NCBI GenBank assembly: GCA_040954595.2
Contig: CM082583.2
Location: forward strand, 1,932,925-1,996,924
Direction: 5' to 3'
Origin: Balanoglossus misakiensis
Lineage: Eukaryota; Animalia; Hemichordata
Length of the DNA: 64,000 nt
The notes beneath the pieces were generated by a model. That model saw only the letters and a list, made by a program, of their open reading frames with translations, had not been told where the DNA came from and made no database searches. Of this stretch, positions 35,587-47,200 are shown in pieces (position 1 is the first letter of the stretch; each line of letters begins with the position of its first letter). Position numbers and translations under genes: made by a program.

Positions 35587-38290
35587 TTACTGCACATTTA
35601 TAATATCTTGTAGCAAATTTTCCCTTAGTTTGAAACTGTAAAAAATAAACTTTATAATAGTACTGGGATGTTGAGAACTAAGGATATTTATAAATTTTGC
35701 TTCTGTTGGTATGGCATGACAGTAAGAAGGAAGAAAACGTTTCCTCAAGTCCTCGTATATGGGGCAAACTAAACAAAAATGAAATTCGTTTTCTATTTGA
35801 TTTGTACTACATAACTGGCAAACTCTGTCTTCCCTTGGAATATTTTCAAATCTACCACTCTCTATACGCAAATTGTGATTTAACACTTGAAATTTACATA
35901 AAGTCCTTCTGAATATCTCCACATTAATAACACCTAAATACTTCTCAAATACAAGATTATTTTTAAAAAGTCGAAATGTATCTAACTTCGAGGTATTGAG
36001 CAGGCTTGTTTTCCATTGTTGGAAGCCAATATCAAAAGATCTCTGTTTAAATACAGATAAAAAGAAGCATTCATCACCTACGGCTTGCATGTCCCATAAG
36101 TTTGTAGCAAACGCTTTACATTATAAGCCCAACAATTGTAGCCCTTTTCGGCCATTTCATATTGACATCTTAATATATGTGGCATTATCACTATGTAAAA
36201 GTTTCAACCAATATTTAACAATGCGGGACAGTCTCGTAACTCGCAAAGGCACTCTACCAAGTTCCCAGAGAACAGCAGAGTTGCATGTTTTAGTGCCAAC
36301 ATTTAAAATAAATTTGCAACAAAGACTATGCACAGTTTCCACATCAGAACCCTCGTGAAAGCCCCAAACTTCGCAACCATACACAAGGATTGGTAAAATT
36401 TTACAGTAGAAAATTCTAAGTGCAATATTAACGTCTACATTCTTAAAGAGGCTGAGGTATTGTTTAATACCGTACATCACAATTTTAGCATGTTTCGCAA
36501 ATTTCTCTTGGGCGCTAGACCATATACCCGAACGAGAGAATTGTAAGCCAAGATAATTAAAATAAGAGACTATTTCTACATTTTTACCATCTAAATACCA
36601 TTTTTCACAGTTTTTTAGTCTCCCCTTTCCTAAATACCATGACTTTTGTCTTTATTGAATTAACTTTTAACTTCCATTTTTTGCAGTAAATACTCAGTTT
36701 ATTGAGTTGCCTTTGCAACCTGTGCTTTTTCAAAATCGATAAAGGCACAGTATAACTCCATTTTATGCTTAACTAAATTCTTCCATACTGTAGTGTCTAA
36801 AATAAAAATATTATCAGTGGTGCTACGATATTTTCGGAATTCAGCCTGTGCTTGTGAAATAGGGCAGTTAGCTTCAATAAACTCAGAAATTCGCTTGTGC
36901 ATAATGTTACATAAAACCTTACTGGCAACAGGAAGTAATGTAATCCCTCTATAGTTACCAACAGAATCACGAGAACCTTTTTTGTGAAGAGGGACGATCA
37001 TACCTTTTACCCATTCTATTGGAAAATTACCTGAATTCAAAATTGCATTACAAAGTTTCAACATGTGACCGGGGGTTGATTTACCTACTTACCTGTGACA
37101 GGGGGGTTGACTTACTTACTTACCTATGTGACCGGGGGTTGATTTACCTACTTACCTGTGACAGGGGGGATTGACTTACTTACTCACCTACATACGTTGA
37201 GGGCGCTATACACACATATATAGGACCGCACTTCCATACTAGGTCATTCATTATCTGACCTGTGCTCTTTCATTTTGTTACCTGTATGTGTAGGTGAGTT
37301 TACCTTTTACAATCCACTTTAGATAGTGCTAAATATAAGCCATCCAAATATTTGAATACCTGGTATTGCTTTAGTTGATATTTATAGTTGTAGTGGCGGA
37401 ATTTACTTTATTCTTCTTTAGTTATTTATACTTGTTTTTGGCATTTAAAAATGTGGTGATGTGTGCTTCATGACCGATTCAACTTAACTCATGTAACAGA
37501 TTCATTATCTGACCCGTGCTCTTTCATTTTGTTACCTGTATGTGTAGGCCTACCTGTGCTGTACTATATGTAATGTATGACTTATACGGCCGAAATAAAA
37601 AGTTGAACCACCAGAAGTGACAACCACAATTTTTCCGAGCATGGTGTATTATTTGCTGACCCTAAATGGGCAAGCTTCACAAACAGAATCTCTTTAAATT
37701 CACGACTGCTATACTTAAAGAATTCTACAGGGATTCCATCGAACCCCGCAGCTTTACCCAGCTTTAATTTCTGGATTGACCAGTCAACTTCATCCATTGT
37801 GATCTCGTCATCCAGTATACTAGTGTTTATAGAACTGTCATCAACTGAATTACTATTAACAAAATCTTCTGAAGAAAATGAATTATTAACAAATTCGTCA
37901 ACTTCTTGGTAAAAATCCGAAAAGTTATCGTCTATATTTCTTGGGGTATTAAACAGTACTCAATCCATTCCTGTGGTGAAATAGTATCCGGAGCACAGGG
38001 AGTGTAGGGTCTCAACATCGACAAGAATCGTTTAGAGTTGGTATCCTTGGCAGCTTCAGCAAAGTTCTTCTGTTTCAAGATGTCGTAGCTTTTCTTTTTT
38101 TGTCTTAACGTGTCACGATAGTTACGTTGTTTAGCGTTAAAGTCACTGTAAGAAGTTGCACTAAGCATACATTTGTGTATTTTCAAAGCTCTTTTGACTT
38201 CCGATTTCAATTTGCTACAATCTTTGTCCCACCATCCATTTTTCTTTACACAATTCTTATCGGTTTTTCTTTTTACCATACACTGGAGAG
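35587..38290 (-). mobile_element. Degraded RTE-X-like LINE ORF2 (stops, RT deletion, insertion at ~37065-37685)
   Basis: WWDKDC; KLKLGKAAGFDGIPVEFFK; GNYRGITLL..AFIDFEKA; ILPILVYGCEVWGF..ELGRVPL; LRIESGRF..REDRVCQLC..ENEFHFCLVCPIYEDLR. The LINE call is firm; the clade is from motif memory. Confidence 0.85.
37065..37192 (+). repeat. Four ~30-bp tandem units (GTGACMGGGGGTTGAYTTACYTACTTACCT) at the edge of an insertion in the LINE
   Basis: Read directly. Confidence 0.85.
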
Positions 38291-39089
38291 ATGTGTAAAT
38301 TAAATTATTTTAATTGTGTGTTATTTGATTTATAGTATTCTTCCCACCTGACCTACAGTACAGGCCTGAGGGTCGTTCATTGAATATGAGTTAACGATCG
38401 ACCGACCAATACGTGTACCTTATGAGCTGTAACAGCTGTTGACTCATATGACTGTAAAACGGGAAATTTAGCGAATGAGAGCCAAAAAAACGCGATAATA
38501 AATAAAGAGTCGCCAAGGACAATGTGTACAATAGAATGTAATTCGGAGATAAACAGAACGCGAAAATAAATCGTCGCAGAATCGTCACCTCTGTTGATAT
38601 CGCGAAGCTTTTCAGTCGCGAAAAATTCCCGTTTTAGAGTATGATCATTTGATGCGCTTTGAGGACTCGTGTGGTCGATGAAATATATCATTTACCGGTC
38701 CGAAATTCTCTAGATATTCTGATTCTGTGCTATACTTCCAGTGACGGCATGCAATAAAGACCTATAACAACTAAGTGTCGCACACACCCATGGTTCTGTC
38801 TCCATTCAAGATGAAACTTGGGTTGAAGACTTTGATCAGAGAAGGGATTTTTCACAAAAAAAAGCAATAGAAGTTATTGTGTTAATTTTGTGAAAAAAGA
38901 CGACAAGGTGACTACGGCGTGTTAATGGTTATATGAGAGAACTGCCGTAGGCCAGCTCTGCAGTGTTTCTCCAACGGAGTTTAAATACAGCTAGTGCTGC
39001 AGTATTGTTTTAAAACAGATGACAGTTTTTGTTTGTAAAACTGACAGAGAAATCGCGTTCCTAATGAATAAAATCATGATCGTTCTCGT

Positions 39090-39500
39090 TCAACTTTTGT
39101 GGTATTTACACCGAGTCCTGTTCCCCCGCAGTGGCACCTGTTTGATCCCAGAATTCCTAGGACATATCCATTGCAGCTGTTTGTTGTATATCCTTCGAAG
39201 GAGCTGGTGCGCGTTGTAGCCAAGGTGGATGCATTGCTCCATTTGCCAGTTCTCTTCCCCGCGCCGCCCAATCGTGTCCCTCTGCAATCGACGAAATCTG
39301 CCCCAAGGCCCCTTCGAAATCGCCCTTGTATTCTTCCACGTGTTTCCGAAACGTACGGTTAAAGTAGTCGTACAGCTTCACGTCGTTAAACCTGGCGACC
39401 ATTTCCCTCAGCGCGGGCGTCAGAGGCGCGGGCTTCTCCTTGTGCAGCTTGCAAAAGGAGTGTTACGGCACGCTGGCCGTTGAGGGCAGTGAGAAAAAAT
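39090..39500 (-). pseudogene. Galactose-3-O-sulfotransferase-like C-terminal fragment, frameshifted
   Basis: LTPALREMVARFNDVKLYDYFNRTFRKHVEEYKGDFEG, then in another frame FRRLQ...EQCIHL...IYNKQL. This resembles the N..D..LY..FNxTFW.kV motif of the Gal-3-O-sulfotransferase family. No N-terminal part seen. Confidence 0.6.
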
Positions 39501-40024
39501 AGACTTAATGAATGGCTCGCTTTGATGAACCAACCGGCGCCCACGCAACAAACACGGTCAACAACAGTCACACCACAATGCTATTTCCTTACTTATGGAA
39601 ACTTTTAATTATTAAAACTAAAGCATTGATAAATATAACCTGATTGTGCACTGAAAAAAACACAAAAATAAGTGACTACCTTAAATGTGACTAGGTGTGG
39701 AAATAAAAGACTAAAGTCCAATATTCCGTTCCGACGGCGAAGTTCAGTCCGAGTAGCGCTCTGGCAAAAATCCAGCGGTAGACAGCACGGCTTCCAGGTG
39801 CGGCTACCAGACCAGTACAACGTGAGACGGTACCAAAAGGAGCACGAGCCCGATAGGCTTGTGTCCCTAACTATTAAGTAAACACCTGGCGAACGCGAGT
39901 ACAGACAGGTTAATCAGATATACGCGTGGGAGGAGTCAATTGATTTGTCATAAAATCTACTCGACGCATTTCTAGTCGTGGTAAACCGCGTCACCAAACC
40001 CCAAAATTCATTCCTGGGCACAAT

Positions 40025-40301
40025 ATGAAGAGCCGTCGTTGCTCCGCGTTTGTCGCCCTGCTCATATTCGCCAGTGTCTTGGTGGGCACCGAGGCATTCT
40101 ACGCTTTGCTGAGTAAGTCCGAAAGCCCACAAGATGACCACACTCATTACACAATGTCCCACGAAGCCTTACTGACTGTAGTGGCCAAATATCTGGAAGG
40201 CAACCCTCGGACAGGAAGTTCCGTACAGCCCGGTGATTTAGTCGGACTCGATCCGTTGACGTCGTCAAGTCTGTGTACAGCCTACTATGGGGGGGGGGGG
40301 G
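40025..40301 (+). CDS. VWA7-like (Het-C/VWA domain) secreted protein, exon 1
   Basis: Signal peptide MKSRRCSAFVALLIFASVLVGTEA/F, then DHTHYTMSHEALL (cf. VWA7 THxxxTxxA). The donor lies at the end of a G14 run (exon end 40301 or 40303; either can keep frame). Confidence 0.8.
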
Positions 40302-40838
40302 GTGTATTCGTCTCCTTTTCTATCTCAAAACCCAGAAATTTAAATGCATTGCTGTGCACTTGATAGATAGCGAATAACTGCTAAAAAACAGCCCCTGACT
40401 TCTCAAATCCCCGTATGCTCGCATTAGTGGATGCGTCATGGTGAATTACTTTATAATGTGTCAATATCTTATTCTCAATATGTATCTTTGTATCAAGTAA
40501 ATACATTTAATATGAAATTAAGCTGGGCTTTGAAATCATGTTCAGCATTTTCGCGCACGGCGATAGTCCTGTATTCAGGCAACGGTGGGCTGAATAAACG
40601 GGTGCGGCACATTCCACTTGTTGCTGTGAACAGCTGGGTGATTGGGGAAAGTTGTTTGCTTCAGGATAAATAAGGAAGATATGAGAGGGGGGTAAGTGCT
40701 AAAGCCGGCTTCTTGGTTTCCCATGTTACATGTTAGCATGTACGTTACATCTAGCTCCATACACATAACACAATAGTGTGACAAAAGTGTCAGAAATACA
40801 TACTCACATATAAATTAATATTCTTATTTTCTTCAAAG

Positions 40839-40964
40839 AGGGACAAGTTTCTGCCATACCCTTAGAAGAAGCTATAGAAGAAATGGTCGACGGCAATCTG
40901 AATGTCGATTTCTATGAATATTCATCTCCAGAGGCGCATGTAAATGCAGAAAATTTCAAAAAAG
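40839..40964 (+). CDS. VWA7-like gene, exon 2
   Basis: Polypyrimidine-AG acceptor, GQVSAIPLEEAIEEMVDGNLNVDFYEYSSPEAHVNAENFKK, GT donor. Aligns by eye with VWA7 AL.E...AN...DF.....P..HFDAE. Confidence 0.8.
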
Positions 40965-41536
40965 GTAACAAGTATTTAAGCGAACAATATCCGGGAATAT
41001 CCCCATAAGATTTTGTGTGTGTCTCAAAATGTGTTTCCCCTTTCTTTTATATTTTGAACACAAAATGAAGGAATGATTTCAAACAATAAACTGCTATACA
41101 AAGTGAATCTTAAAGTTCATAACTCGAACAAGAAAGACTTAGTGATTTGCAATAAAGAAATGAAGTCGACACGGTCGTACAAACTTACATTTGTTTTTGT
41201 TTTTTCTCGAGAGAGTAGCTATTTCATTTACACAAACTTTACCGTCATGTAAATTCTACCTGTGGTGTAAATATCATTCTCCTGATAGTTGATTCATATG
41301 GCCTTAATTTGTACTAGTAGTGATTACCATTTATTTTTATTTGAAAATGTACATTGTCTGTCATATTTTGGGGTACATCGTAAATGTTACAATATTTTTT
41401 CTAGTTTGACACAATTTACTGTAAAATACATTGTGTCAAACTAGAAAAAATATCCAATGATTAAACCAGCATAACTCTGAACTGGTGATTTCAATATTCA
41501 TTAACCAATCACACTTTATTATTGGAAAACTAACAG

Positions 41537-41710
41537 GTAACCGTCGACTTCAAAACACCCGTGACGTCATCATCCAGCTCTTGCAGGAGTCAGAGCCTGA
41601 CTACTCGTCAGCCAGAAATTTGATTGGAGAATATTTGCATATAGTTCAAGATTTCTATACCAACGCAAACTGGGTGGAAATGAACGGCCCAGTTGCATAC
41701 GAAGACTTGG
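41537..41710 (+). CDS. VWA7-like gene, exon 3 (Het-C-type motif)
   Basis: CAG acceptor, GNRRLQNTRDVIIQLLQESEPDYSSARNLIGEYLHIVQDFYTNANWVEMNGPVAYEDL, GTAATT donor. Compare AR..LG..LH.LQDFYSHSNWVE in VWA7/Het-C. Confidence 0.88.
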
Positions 41711-41952
41711 GTAATTGATATACATGTATTAAAACATTCCAGAATGAAATCTTGTGGTTATATTGTATTTGGTGTTAGGCTACACGGGCAGTGGTCAGGT
41801 ACCGTTGACGCTAACCATGTTCCCCTAAAGGGGCAAACGACATTTGGGTGAAAGGTTGGTCTTATTCGCTACAAAGTAGAAACAGTCCACTGACAAGTTA
41901 TTTCGCCGACAAGTTGGGTATTGATTTTTTGGCATTTATGATTTATGCGTAG

Positions 41953-42022
41953 GATTATCGGGAGTGGACATTCTTCCAGTTACTAAGGGCAACGAATATA
42001 CGTGCAACGATTGTGACGACAG
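41953..42022 (+). CDS. VWA7-like gene, exon 4
   Basis: TAG acceptor, GLSGVDILPVTKGNEYTCNDCDD, GTATGT donor. Phase-compatible with exon 3; TCxDC motif as in VWA7. Confidence 0.8.
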
Positions 42023-43135
42023 GTATGTAAGAACAAAATCGCAATATAGACTGTTATTGATACGTGTTGCGTTTCTTTCCCTCTTCAATAGTAAATAATA
42101 CTGTTAGAATTCGAAGGGGTAAACCCTGGTGAACAAACACAGTGTGAATACCTAGGTTGTCGACCAACAGTTAGGCTAAGCAGGTGTTCGAGGTGAAAAC
42201 GCCTTCTAGAAATACGTAGGATAGATCATGATTTATTTTGTCACGACCCAAGGAAACTAATACTGCGCCTCCAGAGCTTCTATAAATGGAAATGTCGTAA
42301 ATACCACAGGGCGGCTGTTTACACAGCTATTTCTTTGTCAGATTTATGAAATTCTTACCACTTGATGAGTCACATGAGAACTAAACAGAAGTGGAGTTTA
42401 ACCCCCTCCTTGTGCTTATTCCTATTCAGTACTGTGATTTATCATCAAGGCGTTAACTTTAAGTGGAACCTTGTATGTGCATGAACAGGGCCATTACATG
42501 CGTTATGTACCACAATCCAAAATCACAACACACTTTCATTATCTGACTGTGGTCGGCCAAATAAACACGGGAGCATATCGAGCATTGGTTTGATTAAACC
42601 CCGGTGCGGGGTATAAAAGACCCCCAAAATCAGTGGCGAATCTTAATGCCGTTTGACTGACAACAGACAACACCAACGATCTCGGCTCTATGAAAATCGG
42701 CCCAAACAGGTTCAAAAATAAAGAATTACACCACACAACGACAGTAGTTGGCTTTATAAACACACACAACATAAAGTTATCGACGAAAAAGTACACGAGC
42801 TTTTGGGAGAAATCTGGTTTCAGTGCTTTTCAGAAGCGTCCCTGGGAAACAATAACCACGCCATTCAAACAGTTGTCAATCGCGTGGAAGTGTAAAGTGT
42901 TCAATTATTTTCTGTGTACATGAGAGCAATTACACCACAGGGGACTGCAAATATGAAAGTTATAAATGGCGAAGTACGTTCTGTTCTGCGTTTTCCCAAC
43001 CTGTCTTATCATTTGCTAATCCAGAATAAAAGCTATCTATTTCCCATTAATCACCTGCTAACGACTTAATCTGTGTGCCCCATCCACGGATTAAGTTGAT
43101 AAAGTAAACATCGGCCAGCGAGTACTGGGTATAAC

Positions 43136-43843
43136 CATGGAGGTACTAGAGAGAAGGAGCGAGGACGGATTTAAGCGGATTAAATCCCTTTCTTCTGAAG
43201 TGTGATAAGCTTCTTAAGTCTTTGTGTTTCTGTGTCGATAGCGTCCTTTGAACCCACCGTGCGTTGCCGCCGATTTTACAGTTAGGTTTGCAAGACCTAC
43301 GGGGTAAAATTTCTATGATATTAAAAACACTATGCGCACATCGCGGACGAGCGTACTACATATGCGTGGTGACTTTTATTTACATCTAGAGGTCAAGTTT
43401 ACGCATCACCACTACCGGAAACGTGTCAGGCGGACGTCTTGGAAGACTTGTGGCGTTATTTCTCTTGTTTGTACAACCAAAAAGTATGATTTTGAAATGA
43501 ATATTTTGAGTTTGTAGCAATTTTCAGCAAAAAACAACAAGTTCATAGGTTTTATTCCCGATGCAAGCTGTTTTGTTAGTGTGGGATGGTGTGGGATGCC
43601 CGATATTCACCATTGTAATTGCCAGCGCGGAGACGTTCGGCACAGCAGTTTGGTCCGGTTGTTTATGCTTAGAGACGCGACGCCAGCTATGAGTTGTTTA
43701 TCTACGCAAGCGCACAGCTTGAATAAACGCCTATCAGGTGATAAAATGTTGAGAGCCTAATGTTATCTGCAAACAGATTAAGACGCACATGGGGTTCATA
43801 GGAAACAATAGCGTCCTCGCTCCTTCTCTCTAGTACCTCCATG
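43136..43843. mobile_element. P-element-like non-autonomous transposon
   Basis: 32-bp perfect TIR CATGGAGGTACTAGAGAGAAGGAGCGAGGACG; GTATAAC duplicated at 43129-43135 and 43844-43850; CATG...CATG termini. Confidence 0.85.
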
Positions 43844-44235
43844 GTATAACAAGAGGAAGGGAGGAAACTCGCTCAAGGCATGTCTGCAGTTTTCTTATGC
43901 TTAAAAATGTGAGCAGCTCGCTTTGGACGCGTGGAAATTGCTTCGTTGTCTCAAAAAACGTGACTGGACGTTCACTCGGCGATGTCCAGAGGTCGCCCGT
44001 AAAGCCGGAAACCACTTTTGACCTTTGACTGTTTATTTCAAGACCACGTGAGCTTCAGAGGTAAACAAATTACCCAAGATACTTTGAGGTTACAGTCGGG
44101 TCAAGATTCAAACGCATAGGTTCACGCATAAGTCTATGGTTCACGTTCGTTCATACGTCCCTGTATGCGGTCACTTGGACCAGTTCTCCGGTCATTTTGC
44201 ATCAGTTGCACAAACACAGCTAGATTCAAATAGAA

Positions 44236-47200
44236 TGCTACAGTGGTCAAGGTCAATGAGTAGTTGTGCATTGAACCCATGAATTTTTAATTAGTCACAT
44301 GACCTGGCGGCCATCTTGGATTTTCTGAAAAAATGCAAATCTCAGATCTCAGAAACTACAAGTCAGATCGACTTCAAATTTGGCGTGCAGGTAGACTACC
44401 TTCTGTCAAACATTTTTGTAATTGGAAATTATGCTGTCAATGTTGCAGTTTTTTTGCTACAATTTTTTTTCTGAAATCTGGCTTAAATTTCAAAAATCTT
44501 CTTCTCCAGAACCGGTGATAACCGAGACATGGGGTTTGGGGTATGTGGTCACCTAACTGATGTCTATCAAGTTTGCGAAGATCATTGTGATTAGTCGAAG
44601 ATTATGGCGGCCATATTGGATTTTCGAAAAACCCTAGTAAAATTTCAAAAATCTTCTTCTCGAGAACTGGCGATAACCGAGTCACAAGATTTTGTGTGTG
44701 TGGTCATTCAACAGATGTCTATCAAGTTTGCGAAGAGGAATGTGATTGGTCGAAGATTATGGCGGCCATATTGGATTTTGTGAAAAACAATTAAAAAGTA
44801 AAAATTCCCTTTCTAGCCTAAAAATTGATAGCACAGAAATTCTTTTTATGGATATGAATCATCATATAACAAGAATAAGCTATAAATATTTTGGTAATTT
44901 TGGCAATGACCTTTGACCTACTTTTGACGCATCAATTTTCTGCATATCTAATTCCAGGCTAACCAATAGGGCTATAAGTTTGGTTTTTGATGTATGTGGA
45001 TTTGTATGTGATCAAAAAATTTTGGTACTTTTCATGACCCCTTTGACCTCTGCTGACCTCATTAAATATGCGCATACCTAATTACAGATGAACCAATAGA
45101 CCTAGAGGTTTTGTTTTTGTTGGACAGGACAAGTATAGGGTCAAAATTTTTTACCCAAATTTTGGGTGACCTCTGGTGACCTTTGACCTAATTTCGCAAA
45201 TCTCAGCATCCACAGCAGATACAGCCTTGGCGTTTGGAGGTATGGGGCCATAATGAAAAGCCAAAGTTTTGGGTCACCTGTGACACCTGCTTAACTCATT
45301 ATTTATGTGCATACCTAATTCCGGGCTAACCAAAAGGGTTAGAGGTCTGGTTTTTGTTGGACATGGACCACTATGGGTCAAAATTTTCTGCCCAAACTGT
45401 GGGTGACCTCTGACCTACTTAACACTATATCAGCACTAAACATAGATATAATCTTGATATTTCATGGGATAAAACACAGCATTATGTTTCTACTCATTAA
45501 TTATGTGCATATCTAATAATCAGATCAGATAATAGAGCTTGGGCCCGGACAATGCTGCTTGCAGCTTTAATTCTGTCTTTCTTTCTTCTTTCTTTCTTTC
45601 TTTATTCTTGTGTCAATTCTTTGTCGCTCTAGATCTCAGAGACCACTGCAGGTACACTTCTGAAACTTGCTACAGTGGTCAAGGTCAATGAGTAGTCGTG
45701 CATTGAACCCTTGAATTTTTAATTAGTCACATGACCTGGCGGCCATCTTGGATTTTCTGAAAAAATGCAAATCTCAGATCTCAGAAACTACAAGTCAGAT
45801 CGACTTCAAATTTGGCGTGCAGGTAGACTACCTTCTGCCCATCATTTTTGTAATTGGAAATTATGCTGTCAATGTTGCAGTTTTTTTGCTACAATTTTTT
45901 TTCTGAAATCTGGTCAAAATTTCAAAAATCTTCTTCTCCAGAACCGGTGACAACCGAGACACGGGGTTTGGTGTATGTGGTCACCTAACTGATGTCTATC
46001 AAGTTTGCGAAGATCATTGTGATTGGTCGTAGATTATGGCGGCCATATTGGATTTTCGAAAAACCATAGTAAAACTCAAAAAATCTTCTTCTCCAGAACG
46101 GGCGATAACTGAGTCGCAAGATTCGGGGAGTTTGGTCACTTCACTGATGTCTATCAAGTTTGCAAAGAGCATTGTGATTGGTCGAAGATTATGGCGGCCA
46201 TATTGGATTTTGTTAAAAGCAGTGAAAAATTGAAATTCCTTTTCCTAGTCTAAAAATTGATAGCATACAAACTCTTTTTATGGATATCAATCGTCATGTG
46301 ACTAAATTATGTTACAATTTTTTGGCGATTTTTCACATGACCTTTGACCTACTTTTCACACGTTATTATTTCTGCATATCTATTTCCAGGCTAACCTATA
46401 GGGCTAGACGTTTGGTTTTTGATGCATGTGGATTAGTGTGTGATCAAAATATTTTGCTACTTTTCATGACCCCTTTGACCTCTGCTGACCTCATTAATTA
46501 TGCACATAGCTAATTACAGGCGAACCAATAGAGCTAGAGGTTTGGTTTTTGTTGGACATGGACCACTATGGGAACAAAATTTTTTGCCCAAATGTTGGGT
46601 GACCTCTGGTGACCTTTGACCTACTTTCGCATATCTCAGCATCCAGAGCAGATAGAGCCTTGGCATTTGGCAGGATGGGGCCAAAATGTACAGCCACATT
46701 TTTGGGTCACCTGTGACACCTGCTGACCTCATTAAATATGCACATACCTAATTACAGGCGAACCAATAGAGCTAGAGTTTTAGTTTTTGTTTGACATGGA
46801 CCAGTATGGGTCAAAAAATTTTGCCCAAATGTTGGGTGACCTCAGGTGACCTTTGACCTACTTCACCCTATTTCAGCAGCAATAATACACACATCCTTGT
46901 TATGTCATGCGATAATACATCCGATAGAAAATTCTGTTTCTTCTCATTCATACTGTGCATATATAATTCAAGATCAGCGCTTGGGCCCGACAATGCTGCT
47001 CGCAGCTTTAATTCTGTCTTTCTTTCTTCTTTACGGGCCCAAGCCAAGCCAGGCTTGGGCCCGTATTGGTTTCGTTGGAATTTTTCTTTCTTTCTTTCTT
47101 TATTCTTGTGTCAATTCTTTGACCCACGAGATCTCAGACATCGCTGCAGGTACACTTCTGAAACTTGTTACAGTGGTCAAGGTCAATGAGTAGTCGTGCA

